From assembly GCF_001194135.2 (NCBI RefSeq), contig NC_069000.1:2546629-2610628 (forward strand): a stretch of 64,000 bases of DNA. The letters are read 5' to 3'. Positions 25,624 through 39,613 of this stretch are shown here, piece after piece. The notes under the pieces were generated by a model. That model had not been told where the DNA came from. It was given only the letters and a program-made list of their open reading frames with translations, and searched no databases. The translations under genes were made by a program, and so were the position numbers. Every line of letters starts with the position of its first letter. Position 1 is the stretch's first letter. Origin of the DNA: Octopus bimaculoides (taxonomy: Eukaryota).

Positions 25624-26067
25624 GACCAATTAATTTCCTGTTTGTATATAAAGCGGTGTATTGTTATTTTACCCACTAATAGGGCAACCGAGATAAAATG
25701 ACTACATACGAAATCTCTCTTACGTTAACACATAATTATCCACAACTTATGGCAGGTAAATTAACTCTAATAATACACACCACAACATAAAGCGTCTATG
25801 ACATAAGTCATATTATACATTAAAAAAATGTACATCGATTTGATACTTCTAACACCGTTTGATCAACATCATCTCTGTAATTATTAAGTTACTGATGTAT
25901 CAATTAACAACAGTGATTTTAGGTTTAAACATTTTATTAACTGTTTTCTACCTTGCTGAACCTTTGTATTAAGATGTTTACTAGAGATATTAAAATGCAT
26001 AATTGACACGCATATGTAAATTTTACTACCATGAAATTGATTTCGCTGCCTTTCGTATATATCACAG

Positions 26068-26122
26068 AGAACTGTTTACAAGAGTTTATGCTGTTGCGTC
26101 CGTGATTTTGTTTGTCACAATG
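26068..26122 (+). CDS. Candidate 55-nt exon encoding a hydrophobic helix (ELFTRVYAVASVILFVTM)
   Basis: TTTCGCTGCCTTTCGTATATATCACAG| acceptor and ATG|GTAATA donor; two frames open. Confidence 0.33.
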
Positions 26123-26281
26123 GTAATATAAATGTCTGTAATAGTTCTCCATCTGTGCTGTAAAGATGGCAATAGATAAATCGTTTGGCCCTGAAAGTTT
26201 CGAAATTTCTTTTAGTGTACGAAACAGTACATGTTATCTTCTTTTCTGAGTCAGTAAATTGCGATTTACAGAAGTTCTAGT

Positions 26282-26570
26282 TCGGTGGTTCTCAACCGGT
26301 TTCTATAATGGACCCTAGGAGATAATATAAGTCCATACAGCGAAATAGCAAATTGAGGATCGATTTTAAGGTTCCATGAAAATATCTTGCTTTAGACGTA
26401 TTTATAGTAAAATAAAAGAAAAAAACCCACAGCTACGCGCTTTCTTTAACATTTTATAATGTTTGACCTACAAACACTGTGTGAAAAACAATGAAAATTT
26501 TGAAAGTTTCTATAACATTAGGTTTAAAACATCAAATTGTGATGAGGGTTCACCAGAATAAAATAATGAA
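26282..26570 (+). mobile_element. hAT (Charlie/MER5-like) non-autonomous element, right end eroded
   Basis: Begins CGGTGGTTCTCAACC (CAGTGGTTCTCAA-type hAT TIR), with internal GGACCC/GGTTCCAT/GGGTTCAC subterminal motifs. Confidence 0.65.
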
Positions 26571-27131
26571 TATATGAAACATCGTACATTCTGTAGATGT
26601 ATGGTATTTTCTATATTCATTGCATTGTTTTAAAATTAACTCCGGCATTGAGTAGCGCCTTTCTAACTTTCAGCGCCTTACTTTCCCTTTGTCTGTCTGT
26701 CTGTCTCTATCTCTCGCGCACACACACACACACGCGTGTATGTGGTCTGTAGTTATACATTTATGCAATATTTTAGATATGTGTGTGTGCATTGGCGCCT
26801 ATGTATTACAGTTAAACACGTGTTTATATTAAATTATAATGTATGTACGTATGTATGCATGCATGTATATGCTTGGGTATTGATGAATCACATATGGCAG
26901 CCAGAAGACGAAAATACTTCAATATAGAACATTGCGTGTTCATTACAACACATTGAATGCATATTTTACAAAGCTTAAACCAGAGAATACCGTATTGAAT
27001 TATCCCTTGTGATTTCGTTTGATAATATTCACTTCATTATCTTCCAAGAGACGGAGTTCTTTGTGTATCTATTAACGCTTATATTGAAAGCTTTCTGTCA
27101 TTTAATTAAGAATTTCCACCATTTTATGTAG

Positions 27132-27143
27132 CGAGGTTTTCCA
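27132..27143 (+). CDS. Candidate 12-nt micro-exon (R-G-F-P)
   Basis: TTTCCACCATTTTATGTAG|CGAGGTTTTCCA|GTAAGT; frame-preserving. Confidence 0.3.
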
Positions 27144-27769
27144 GTAAGTTTTGCGTGTGTACTTATTCTGAACGATATGCCAGCTGTGTGAATTTTTCTT
27201 ATTTCTGTTGCATGATACAATAAATAAAATAGACACTAATGTTATAAAACAGCACGCTCAATAGTTGGTGTCATTCATATTTATTTAATATTCAGGGTTG
27301 GCCAAAAGTAAATCAAAACCATTTAATTCCAAGATTTATTTATGTTTAACAAATGAATTAATTTAATAAAAGCATCTGAATATGAAATATCATGAAATTT
27401 GTTCAATCTGAAGTCGTTCTTTAGCAATACATTTTCCCAAATGAATAAATAAAATTGAACATTTAGTATTTATGGAATTTTGATTTCCTGTTGGGTGGCT
27501 TTTACCAACTCTGCATAATGACATTCTGCTAGCATAATTAATAGAGAACGAAAAAAAAAAAAAATCTTGCAAGATTTTGCTACTCTCTTTCATGATTTGA
27601 ATTCTAAACCCTATGCGCCTCTATTCTCTTTCCATTCTTTCGCGATTAGTAAAGTATATTCCATTCTATTGTCAGATCCTACATGCAACACAAACTGATT
27701 ATCGTCATATGCATTTTTATTTAGGCACTTATATAATATACTTGAAATTATCATTTTAATAAACACCAT

Positions 27770-28370
27770 AACTCTCTCTGTCTCCTTCTCACGTGCTCTC
27801 TCTTCTTCTCACTCGCGGTCTCACGCTCCCCTCCTGTGGTCTCGTGCTCTCTCTCTTCTTCTCCCTCACACTCGTGCTCTGTCTTCCTATCTCACACACT
27901 GGTGTTCTCTCTCTCTCTCTCTCTCTCGTACGCTCTCTCTCCCGCGCGTACTCTGTCTTTCCCTCTGTCTCACGTTCTCTCACCATCTCTCCATATTTCC
28001 CTCTCGCGCCCAATCTATCCTACTCTCTCTTTCTCTCTTCTATGCTCTCTCTCTTCGCCCACGCGCTCTCTCTCTCTCTTCGCCCACGCGCTCTCTCCCT
28101 CTCACTCTCTCATGCTCCCTCTCGCACTCTCACTCACGCGCGTGCCCTCTTTCACTCTCCCTCTCTCGTTCTTGCACTATCTTCCCATTCTTCCTCCGCG
28201 CTCCCTCCCTCTCTCTCACGTTCACTTTCTATCGCATCCCTCTCTCTCTCTCACGTTCACTTTCTCTCGCATCCCTCTCACTTTCCCGCGCTCTCTTTCT
28301 GCCACTCTCTCGCCTCCTGTTTTTCTCGTACTCTTTCCTTCCATCACTTCCGCTATATTTCCCCGCCAGA
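27770..28370. repeat. About 600-bp CT-rich low-complexity tract with internal direct repeats
   Basis: The + strand is strongly C/T-biased with recurring CGCGCTCTCTC units; CTCTCTCTTCGCCCACGCGCTCTCTC occurs twice near 28048-28098. Confidence 0.9.
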
Positions 28371-28760
28371 CTAATTAAACGCTCTTTCAAGTATTCAGTT
28401 CTGTCATAATTAATTACATAACACTTTGATTTTCATTTACCCAACTCGCCCAGCTATACAATTCTCATCTCTCCTCTAAGAATTAAATAATTCATATTGT
28501 CGCTATTATCCACGTATACCGCTGTCGAAACGCACCACAATATTGTAGCAGGTGGTGTATGCTTTTCAATGAAATGGTTTATTCACAGCAAGGTTCTGTA
28601 TTGTTCCTCTGGTCACATCAGCAACACATTCTCTGCTCATATAAAGACCAGTGAAATGCTTTTGTCTTTTACGTTTTCTCCATTAATGCACTACTCTTGC
28701 ACATGTGTGTGTGTGTGTGTGTGTGTTGGTGGAATGTTATAACGTATGTTCTACTTTTAG

Positions 28761-28801
28761 TGATATAGTGTTACAGATGTGTAACCGCTATGTACAAAGA
28801 G
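28761..28801 (+). CDS. Candidate short exon (DIVLQMCNRYVQR; alternative acceptor gives 28777-28801 MCNRYVQR)
   Basis: TTCTACTTTTAG| acceptor at 28760, second CAG at 28776, donor GAG|GTAAGG. Confidence 0.3.
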
Positions 28802-29259
28802 GTAAGGTAGTACACCAATGAATGCTTCACTTCAGCTTAAGTAGGAGCGGTTTGATTGGGTCTGGAATTGAAGTTGGCTCAATCATGTTCGCCCAAACCA
28901 TTTTGGGACATATAACGAATGCGATAAATTCAATGTAGTATTTGAACGGTACTTTACTTTACTAATTCGGAAAATGGAAAGACAAACACGAACCTAGGTA
29001 AGGTTTGAACTTAGAAACTATGCATGATCGATCTTAATCACTCATCAAGTTGCATTTTTCGCTCCACCCTACAGTAGATGTCGTTTTTGTTTCGATTTTT
29101 GGACGCTAATTTTAAATCCCGCTGGGATTAACATTGTGTTTTATCCCGTCGTGTTCATAAAAAGAATCGCAATCTAGTTTGTGTGAGGAAGGGCAACAAA
29201 ATTATTTTTCTGAGGGATATTTATCATTATTAGTTTTAAGGCAGCGAACTGAAAAAAAT

Positions 29260-29380
29260 CATTAGCGGGCCGGACAAAATGCTTACCAGAATTTCGCCCG
29301 TCTTTTCTGGGGTCCATAAATTAAGTACCAGTGAAACACTGGAGCCGATGTAATTGAATACTCCTCTGCTCCATAATTTC

Positions 29381-29383
<3 letters not shown>
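29260..29383 (+). mobile_element. SINE family A, internally deleted copy
   Basis: CCGGACAAAATGCTTACC..TTTCGCCCGTC..GGGGTCCATAAATTAAGTACCAGTGAAACACTGG. Confidence 0.8.
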
Positions 29384-29417
<34 letters not shown>

Positions 29418-29913
29418 NNNNNNNNNNNNNNNNNNNNNNNNNNNNNNNNNNNNNNNNNNNNNNNNNNNNNNNNNNNNNNNNNNNNNNNNNNNNNNNNNNN
29501 NNNNNNNNNNNNNNNNNNNNNNNNNNNNNNNNNNNNNNNNNNNNNNNNNNNNNNNNNNNNNNNNNNNNNNNNNNNNNNNNNNNNNNNNNNNNNNNNNNNN
29601 NNNNNNNNNNNNNNNNNNNNNNNNNNNNNNNNNNNNNNNNNNNNNNNNNNNNNNNNNNNNNNNNNNNNNNNNNNNNNNNNNNNNNNNNNNNNNNNNNNNN
29701 NNNNNNNNNNNNNNNNNNNNNNNNNNNNNNNNNNNNNNNNNNNNNNNNNNNNNNNNNNNNNNNNNNNNNNNNNNNNNNNNNNNNNNNNNNNNNNNNNNNN
29801 NNNNNNNNNNNNNNNNNNNNNNNNNNNNNNNNNNNNNNNNNNNNNNNNNNNNNNNNNNNNNNNNNNNNNNNNNNNNNNNNNNNNNNNNNNNNNNNNNNNN
29901 NNNNNNNNNNNNN

Positions 29914-30114
29914 GTGTCTCTGTCTCTCTCTCTCTGTGTCTCTGTCTCTCTCTCTCTGTCTCTCTGTCTCTCTCTCTCTGTGTCTCTGTCTCTCTCTCTC
30001 TGTCTCTCTGTCTCTCTCTCTGTGTCTCTGTCTCTCTCTCTGTCTCTCTCTCTGTGTCTCTGTCTCTCTCTCTGTCTCTCTCTCTGTGTCTCTGTCTCTC
30101 TCTCTGTGTCTCTA
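29914..30114. repeat. Compound (CT)n/(GT)n repeat flanking a gap
   Basis: Iterated CTGTCTCTCTCTCTGTGTCT-type units. Confidence 0.95.
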
Positions 30115-30449
30115 CAGAAAATGTAAAGTAAGATTCAAGGTGTAGGAAATTATAAAGCTTTGATAATTCCGTAGAAGTTAATTGTAAGTTTTCTACCCGC
30201 GGATTAGTTTTCTGAATGTATACCAAATTGCTTTTCTGCAGTATGAGCGGGAAACGGTAACGTTTCATGAAGGTATGCATGTCGGAAAGAGAGGGTTTCT
30301 GATAATACAAGAGAAGCAGGCTGACACTGTGAAGAGTGAGAAAGTGGGGGGAAAATTCAAAGCAGAAAATTGTGAAAGGTAGAAAAGATGCAGGAAAAAG
30401 AAAGAGTGGAGAAGTATGTTATACATAAGCAGCGCTCTTTCTAAATATA

Positions 30450-30850
30450 CTCACCGTCTCCAACTTACGCATTTCATATCTGTCATACAGATAATTAATT
30501 AGCCAACGTCCTCATTCATAATCCTGTTTTACTTGTCATCATTATCTGCATACTTCCTCGTTTCTCATAATTGCGAAAATTGCATTGGTTATCTACAGTC
30601 TTTGACAGCTGTTCAACATGTGTTGCATTGTGCTTTCCGCTTCCTTTAATCCGCCAAATTTTCCTACTTTTCCCTCCCTTATCCCTGATTAGTTCTTGCT
30701 AGGTCTCCCTTCCCTCCTACCAATTTATCAGTTTTTCGGAACCGTCATAGATATGTTACGCTTCCATGACGTGTTTAAAGTTTCTTCTCCCAAACGTCAC
30801 ACCAATTTACCACATATTTCAACTGTTTCCTTGTACTTTCCTGTTTAATT
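30450..30850 (-). mobile_element. Possible decayed RTE LINE fragment
   Basis: Purine-rich minus strand ending ..GTATGACAGATATGAAATGCGTAAGTTGGAG, loosely resembling the RTE C-terminal region; no clean motif. Confidence 0.25.
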
Positions 30851-31144
30851 AATGTCAATGAAAGTCACACACACAGACACACACACGATGTATGTATGTG
30901 TGCGAGTCTATGTAAACATAGGCATGAATATAAATGTGGTGTGAAAGAAATAAGTGTGTGATTGTGTACTTAAGGCAACTATAATTAGTGGTGAGACCAA
31001 AAGAATTTAATTTATAATCAAGTAAATCGAAAGCCGTAATGATTGCATTATCCATTCGCTTACACTTAACTGTATGCTATTCGTGCAGTGGGAAACCAAC
31101 CACTCATTGGTAGTACTCAATATCATATACCAGAATGAATAGAC

Positions 31145-31189
<45 letters not shown>

Positions 31190-32048
31190 TGTGCGGGTAC
31201 AGCCAGTTATGCAAAAATGAAAGACGACCATAAAAACCACTCATCGCATAAATCTGATCACTCACACACGCACAGAAAGACAAAATAAATACTAAGAACG
31301 TGGTCAAGAGTTTAGGGGTTTCTGTTGAAGATCGTTCTATCTTATGTTCGATAGCTGGATGAGCGGGAAGTTGTATTGATGAGCAATTTACTTTCTGTAG
31401 CCTTAGATAACTCGCCCGGAAGGAATTGATTACCATCCAGGTCATTTGTAGCAAAACAGCAGTTACATCGAAGATATTCAAGTCTGCGTTTCTTGGAGGT
31501 CGGCTATTTCAACGCATGGCTGCATAGACTGCTAAAAGTATTAGAGAAAGGTTGGTAGGTTATCGAGTCATTCTCGCTCGCCAGTGACTGCTGGATGTTG
31601 TGGTTGTTGTGCGTGCGTATGTGTATATGCATGTTGTACAATTGTTGTTAATTTCATTCCGTTTCATGTTTTGTTCACTACAAGAGACCATCATATCACT
31701 TGTAATAGTAAGTTATATAGTTAAATGTTTAAAATCAAATGTGAGCAACTTGGCCGTATTTGAAATTTCTATCATTATCGTATACTTTACCCAACACTTC
31801 TTTGAGTTTTACGATTTTCTACGTCTAAAGAATGTATTTGCTTTGTCTTTTATACATAATTATCAATTTCATGTCTTTCCAAACCATTTCAGTGCAATTT
31901 TGAATTTATATTTTTATAGCCGTCTTTTATTTCTTATATTCTCATGCAAGTACTCATTTTCTAGTAGACATAAAAATGTTTCTTCCATGTAAAATATATT
32001 TCTATGTCTTTTTTTCTTTCTTTTTGTTTTTGTCATTTCCCACCGCAG

Positions 32049-32061
32049 GAAAGACATGTCA
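32049..32061 (+). CDS. Candidate 13-nt micro-exon (G-K-T-C)
   Basis: A pyrimidine tract of about 40 nt ending ..CATTTCCCACCGCAG|GAAAGACATGTCA|GTTAGT; phase fits the 28801 donor. Confidence 0.3.
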
Positions 32062-32571
32062 GTTAGTAGAAAAATTTGTTATATTATCTATTCAAATCTC
32101 GTTCTGATTATATCTTTCTGCGTGTATAGTTAGCTAGTAGAATGAATTCCTGATATGTTAGCCATTTTGATTTCATTGTTATGCAAAAACGTTTTGGGTT
32201 CCCTTATATTTAGCATTCATATTCTTCTAAAGCATCAAAACAAATATCTTATAGATATCAGTATATCTCTTATTATACAAAAAACAACTACCTATACTTT
32301 TGTATAGTTGACGGGGAAAATACAGTGAGAAAATAGATTCAACGTCGGATTCCTGTGTAATATGCTGACATGTACAATAATGACTATTGCATACGGCATA
32401 TCTAAATCGCTGTCGAAATTCAATAAATATTAATAAGCAATCAAAATGTATGGTTTGATGGATTTAACACATATTTCTTATACATCTTGAGAGTAGCAAG
32501 TGACATGCAAACAATGTAAATTGTAAATAGACAATAAATGAGCAGGAAAATATTATTCCCTGTACCAGAAT

Positions 32572-32616
<45 letters not shown>

Positions 32617-33462
32617 CCATGTTGCATATGCTCTCTGTCAGAGAAGCTATAGCTGTAATATAAAAAAGAACTGATGTCAACATATAATGGTTTGCTACTT
32701 TTCTCAAGCATTCCTCTAGGTCCTACTGTGTAATTCTAAATGTCTAAAATATAATGACTACATGAAATCAATACCGAGCTTGTGTGATTTATACATATTA
32801 TGCTAGACAACATATGGACATTGAAATAGTCTTGCTTGATTTCACAAGAAACGTACATCAGAAAAGTGTTATACTTAGTAAGCGCTGAATTCTTCGTCAT
32901 TATCGACGATGAACACTTGGTTTTCTGGCAAACTGAAATCCTATGCAAATTAACGTGTAAGTGCATGCTTTTTAAATTTTGCTGGACATGAAAAGAACAC
33001 AACCAGCTCGTTGGGCATTCGAAAGTGGAAAAAGAACAAAATGGCTCCTTTCTGATAAAGAATGCTGAATGAAATTGTTCAGTTTGGATCGGATTTCGCT
33101 AGTTATACAGCGACAACAGTTTGCAGTCTACGTCTATTTGTGTCTGTTTATAAATATTTGTATATATTTGTTTGTACGTGTACATATTTATCTAGGTATG
33201 TAGGACAGTACTCATATAAAAACTGATTACAATATGTTCTGTTTCTCATACAGTTAATGTGATATTTACATAAAGAGTAATTACGGGTAGTAAGCCAGGA
33301 AGCTCTTCTTTTCTGTCGATTGCCTCATGGTTCTAGAAGTCGAAATAGAGAGGCGTTGCCCCGAAGGATGGAGGACCTGGTATTCTCTATTTCCAAAACA
33401 GATCTTAATTTTTGCGGCAGGTCACTGAAGAGCTGCAAGCTTTATATGTACATATATGGGCC

Positions 33463-33500
<38 letters not shown>

Positions 33501-33544
33501 CATATACACGCACGCATACACGTGTGAGTGTTTGTCACGTACAT

Positions 33545-33640
33545 CGCACGACAACCAGTGTCGGTTTCTCTCCATCTATCTACTCTACCGATTCGGTGAA
33601 GGATCAATAAACAGCAGAGAGGTAAGTACTGGGCTTGATT
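33545..33640 (+). mobile_element. SINE family B tail fragment
   Basis: GACAACCAGTGTCGGTTT..CGATTCGG..GAGAGGTAAGTACTGGGCTT resembles the tail at 44800-44985. Confidence 0.55.
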
Positions 33641-34009
33641 TTTCAGGTAGACTTTTAAAGATGCAACACCAGCATATCTCCATTCCAATGATTGAAACTG
33701 GCCAAATACAACTTAATTATCAGAGTGAAATATCAATTGTGTTCCGTATTACCTCGATTAAGACGCTTCGAACGTGGTGAACTGATTGGTTGCAATCGAA
33801 TGCCATTATCTTGTAATATGCAATAGGGATGAATACGATGACATGCCAGAAAATCATTTCCTTAATTAGTTTACACCGCGGTTGTCTTAATTTAAAATTA
33901 GGCTACGTTCCAAATTGCCTTTTATTCTTCTGTGTTAAATATAATCAGTGCAATTGAAATTATTGATCTTCTCAAAGGGCAATACAGTTTATATGGAGTT
34001 GCATTTGAT

Positions 34010-34047
<38 letters not shown>

Positions 34048-34164
34048 ATGTATATCTGTACTTATGTACATACACACACCTCATACATTAAAATATATGT
34101 TCATACTTACGTACATACATACACATTTATCTATATTTGTACATATGTACACATATATACATGC

Positions 34165-34232
<68 letters not shown>

Positions 34233-34724
34233 ACGTACTTACGCATACGTAAACACAATCTGTAATATATTGTATTATGTTGCAATGCATGTGTGTATGT
34301 TTCTATACATGCAAAAAGACTCAGAGCAGTTCTTGTCTTCTGATAAACACTCACATGCGACAAGCTGATTTTAATGGAAAATACACTTCACTCTGGCGTC
34401 CCGTTCAGCGATCTGATTCTTTGCGTCGTCGTGTTTAGAAGTAGATCTTATTAACCTCTGAATCTATTCAAATTGTCTATCATGATATCTCTGATCTCTA
34501 AATGTTCCACTTTATTTTTCAAGGCCTAATAACGTTGCCTTCCGTTATTAGTATTAATGAGTTATAAAGGTTAAGCTGTGAATTTACTTGCGAAGTGGAT
34601 TTGCTGAGAATAGGAAAGAAAAAAAGTAGTGTAGTTTGTCATATATTTAGTTCTCGCAGAACGTTAAACACATTGTGTATGCCATTCTTATTGTTCTGTT
34701 TAAATCTGTATTATCGTCCAAAAT

Positions 34725-35097
34725 CTAACCATTCTCACCACCTAATTTTCTTAAAAGAATATTACTACCATTTACAGTATCATTTTTCATCGTACTGACC
34801 ACACCCTTACGTATTTCTATGCTCGGTGCTTCATTAAACTTGACATTTCTCAACAAAAGTATATTTCGAACACGACCTTCTTGTAAGAAGCATAGATTGG
34901 TATGTAACACTGTTTCCCACCATGGAAATGGGATGAAACTTTGCATAGATATATCTTAACTCCACTGTAAAATATTTCAGTATATCTTGTAGCAATTCGA
35001 CATCATTCATATTTAACGGTTCTACCTTTGAGAAGATTCCAGCCTCATCAACCACCATAAAATGTGTCCACTGTAGTTTAAATGTTTCGAGATTCAC
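34725..35097 (-). mobile_element. Possible Ty1/Copia integrase relic (two overlapping frames)
   Basis: HFMVVDEAGIFSKVEPL..DILKYFTVE resembles the first-Asp region of the rve core; RNILLLRNVKFNE resembles the Copia (I/V)SR(N/D)VxFxE motif. Intervening core is missing. Confidence 0.3.
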
Positions 35098-37601
35098 AGA
35101 TATTGGAATACAATATATAAAAATGAAAAATACACTGCTATTCGCTGATTTTGTTTAACCCTTGATCAATAGAACATATGCCTCTAAAGCTCTGCAGCCA
35201 TATAACATCTCCAACCAGCTACCTTATATAATGTAAATTGTTATCGTGAAAAAATGTGACGAAAAGAGCGAGCATTCATAAACATCTAAATCTGTTGTAT
35301 TGTTACCCTTCTTTTACAGCAAGATCAAAACATCGCTTCCTTTTTAGCAATCTGATACTACATTAGTCCGTCATAGATATCATTTAATACGGTCTTAGTA
35401 CCATTTAATGCAGTGTTATATCTTCCTTTGTCTGGTTCTGTCACAATTCCAATACCAGCATTACATTTGCTCCGAGAATTGATATTTGAGTTTTAGTTTA
35501 GCAATGTAACGTAACACGAAGAATAAAGTGTAAAGATAATGGTTTCGGTATGGGGATTAAATCTCTTCGCTTTATTTCTTATCATGTGCGATCCATCCAT
35601 TCATAGATGATGGATTTTCGAAGAAGAAATCTTATTTTTCAGTTGTTTTTACTTGCTTACTGGAAAGCACACTTGTTCTTTAAGACGTGCAAAGCAACTA
35701 TAAATATGTTTATAAATTGTATCGTATAAATGCTTCACATAAATGGCTTCCCCTTGCTAGAGATTGAAATGTTAATCTTTAGCAAAATCTAACTAATATT
35801 TGGACTATTCTTTCTCTAACTTTCCTAGTTCACTATTTACGCTAAACAACTTTGCTTTCAAACTTATATGTATATATATATGTATATATATATATATTTT
35901 TAAAGATATATATATATATANNNNNNNNNNNNNNNNNNNNNNNNNNNNNNNNNNNNNNNNNNNNNNNNNNNNNNNNNNNNNNNNNNNNNNNNNNNNNNNN
36001 NNNNNNNNNNNNNNNNNNNNATATATATATATATATATACAGAGAGAGAAGCCAAGAAAGCAATTGACTTTCGCGCAGTTAATATTTTGGGAAATGCTTG
36101 CAGTTAATACAGATTAATCGTGTAGTTGAAAAGATTCTTAAAGCTCACATTTTGACAAAAATATAAATTTATAATTTTAAAAAATATTCTAAACTATTGA
36201 AACTTTAATTGTTTTACGAAAAATTAAAAATTTGCGTTATTCCACCTTTTTAATAAGCATATTTCTCGATTGCAGTTTAATATAGATATGTGTGTCTGGT
36301 TTGTGACGAATTTCAAACGTATACCTTACTCTATAGCAGTACAAAAATAGATCTCGTGCAATAGAGTAAAATAGCTGGGCGTTTCTTTGCCTCTTTAGTA
36401 GAATAAAAAAAAAGAACATCCTGGATATCTTTTGTTGACTACACTGTTTCAATGATATAAACTATAAAGGCCAATATATTGTTGAATTGGACAAAGTAAC
36501 GGCTAAATTTTTAATTGTAATATCATTTGATATGTACATTCTATTTACATTTAGGTGTTATGTTCGCGAGAAAGCAATGATATTTCACATAGTGTAACAG
36601 TTTCACAAACTTTTTATTTATATCGTAGAAAAAGTATGTTTATATGGTCGTCATACTATTTTACTTAATTTGATATGGGGAATTCTCTGACATATTTTAT
36701 TTTAAACACTGTTTAAAATGGCGTTTAAATCATTTACATTTATCTCTTAGACATTTCTTAAAACCAATCAGAATTCATTGAAACTGACGGTGGCTAGCAT
36801 AAATAAGAATGATTACATAGAGTTCTTCGTAGAAGTTTGTATTCCATGATATGAAGACAAATACGACATGTTGGTTTTGACCTTTTTGTATGAGAATAGG
36901 ATTTGAAAAACAACTTTTCTATCTATCAGACGAAAGGTCAATCTCAGACATCACATTTTCTATTTCGCTACGCCATACTATCGTATCTGAAATCAAGAAT
37001 TCTTATGAATTGTAAGAACCATTCATATATTTAGTCAAGTCATTGTTTCAGTTGATTTTATAAGTTAAGTCTAAGATTTAGTGTACATTTTCAAAGCAAT
37101 GATGATTGATAACAGGAAATAATATAATTAGCAGTGTTTTGTTCACATTCTGTTTCGCATAAAACGAGATAAGTCTTTGAATAATTGCATAGCATAACTG
37201 TTAAGAAACAAATTTGCTGAGTTTCAAATAATAACAAAAACAACAAAAATCACAAGGCCTAAAATACATCAAAGCACAGAATAAATTCTAGTAAATACTT
37301 TCGTATGTTTATCTATTTAATGCAACAAATATATTTCAATACAAATTTTCATGGAGATAGCAAAGATTATTCGACTTATCTCGAAGGTAAGATACGTTTT
37401 GCTCTGTTGGTAGATAATCAAGATGTTCTGAACAGAATTTCTGGAGATAAAATATTTATAAACAGATATGAAATAAATTTATGAGTCGCGTTTTTGCGAC
37501 AGCAGAAGAGATAATTTCAGGAAAGACTTAAATTGTGAGGGTTGGTGTAAAATCAAATTAATGAATGACCAAACGGTAAATACAGTAAATGATTGTTTCA
37601 T

Positions 37602-37632
37602 TTGCTTGCTTGCTTGCTTGCTTGCTGGCGCG

Positions 37633-37709
<77 letters not shown>
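37602..37709. repeat. Compound (GCTT)n-(GC)n-(AC)n microsatellite
   Basis: Direct reading. Confidence 0.97.
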
Positions 37710-37711
<2 letters not shown>

Positions 37712-38058
37712 TATATATATATATACATATATATATATGTATATTCATATATACATTCATATATATGGATATACATATATTCCTATGTTTCTATCTATTT
37801 ATCATCTACCTCTCAAAACCTGCTAAAACGTATAACGTTTGGACCTCTTATCGTTCTGTTGTCTGTTTGCCTCTCTCTCGCTGTATCTCTCTTCTCACTG
37901 AAACCGGTAGACCTTATAGACGTTCGAAACCTTTTAACTTCGATTACTCTCAATGGAACGAATACTAAATCGCTGATAGAAATAATTTATGCCAAAAGCC
38001 GTTGCACCGCTATAGATATTCTATTAAGCAATGGAAAGAAGTGGAATGTACAGGGTTT

Positions 38059-38164
<106 letters not shown>

Positions 38165-39053
38165 CGTGCGTTACGTTAGTAATATGTCAAATGAATTTTG
38201 AAGCTCAGTATAAAGACTTTCGTTTTTATTTTCTTCAACCTACAATATTTCCTCCCATCTTTTAATTCAAAGCTCTCACTGTAACAGTTTGGCCCCTATT
38301 CCATCGGACTTTCCAGATTTACATATATTGACATATCTCAACCATTTCATTATAGGTATCGGGTGCGATATTTAGTTTCTAATATATTACAGCAATACTT
38401 ATTACGAACATTGATGTTAATAAAGTTAATCATTAGACAATCGGTAACGTTATCGATGGAAAAATTGTATTTATCTAATTTCTGCTTTGCCTTTCTTGTT
38501 TCTTGGCTCCATATAATACAGTTCCAATTAGTCAAATTCTGTAGTCCCTTTAAACGATTACACGCCTTCTAGCTTTCAGTTAATATGTGGCGCTTCGATA
38601 AACGTAGAAACTACTATTCATGATGACAATTTATTTTGTTTCATAAAAATGTAATTATTATAATATAGAGAGATTTCTATTATATTATGGGAAAAATAAT
38701 GAAAGTGAGAGATTTTCAAAATTGAGGGAAGATTCTATGTAAAACTGATGCATTGAAAAATAAAATTTCTGATCCACGTAGTTCACAGAAAATAAAATGA
38801 AACACGGAATCAAAGTAATTACTACAGCCACTGCTGCTGTTACAGCTAGTGAAAATAAATGAAGCAATCTTTCGTAAAAGACGCAAGAAACATTTCCTCA
38901 AAGGCAATTAATTAATTATTATATTCAGCGGTATCGGGCACTAGATAATTTGAAAGGATTTTTCAATTTCATGTCATCAAGTGACAGTTTGCTTTACGTT
39001 CAGCGCTGGAAAAGCAAACGGAAAGTACATCGCTGTGGTTTTTTTTCCCTCAG

Positions 39054-39127
39054 ATATCGTTTCAGCATATTCTTTTGGATATTTCATTCGATTCATTGTA
39101 CATTAAAAGCCGTAGTTAATTTACAAA
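39054..39127 (+). CDS. Candidate 74-nt exon (YRFSIFFWIFHSIHCTLKAVVNLQ)
   Basis: GGTTTTTTTTCCCTCAG| acceptor and AAA|GTAAAT donor; phases fit the neighbours at 32061 and 42617. Confidence 0.22.
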
Positions 39128-39613
39128 GTAAATTATTGCTTCAATGAATTTAGATGGTGAAGTTGTACTTATTGTTTAGCCTCAGGTAGTCACTGTTAAA
39201 GATGTAATTTTAAAGAGTAACCTTCATGTCCCTTTTGAGGTTATCAAGAACTCTAATTTACTTAATGGTATCTTTCCTTCTTTAATGTAGTATGGGTGAT
39301 ATTTGGCTGTTAATTCATAACTATTCGATCCATTGTTTACAGCCCTCCTCTTTGTTCGTGAACGGAATGTTTGTCGTTGAGTAAATGTGATCAAATACAT
39401 TTCGATCGAGGTCATGACATCTTTTTTCTTTTATATATCATTGATGAAGGACTTTTAGAAACAAGCAACCGATTTATTGCTTAACCAGCAAATAAAACAA
39501 ATATTCCATTAGTTAGTTGATTAGATATTTCACCAATTTGACTAACAATAACGATGTGCTATTGAATCAGTGCGTTTGTGATATTCTTTTCTACTCCAAT
39601 CACAAATCCCAAC

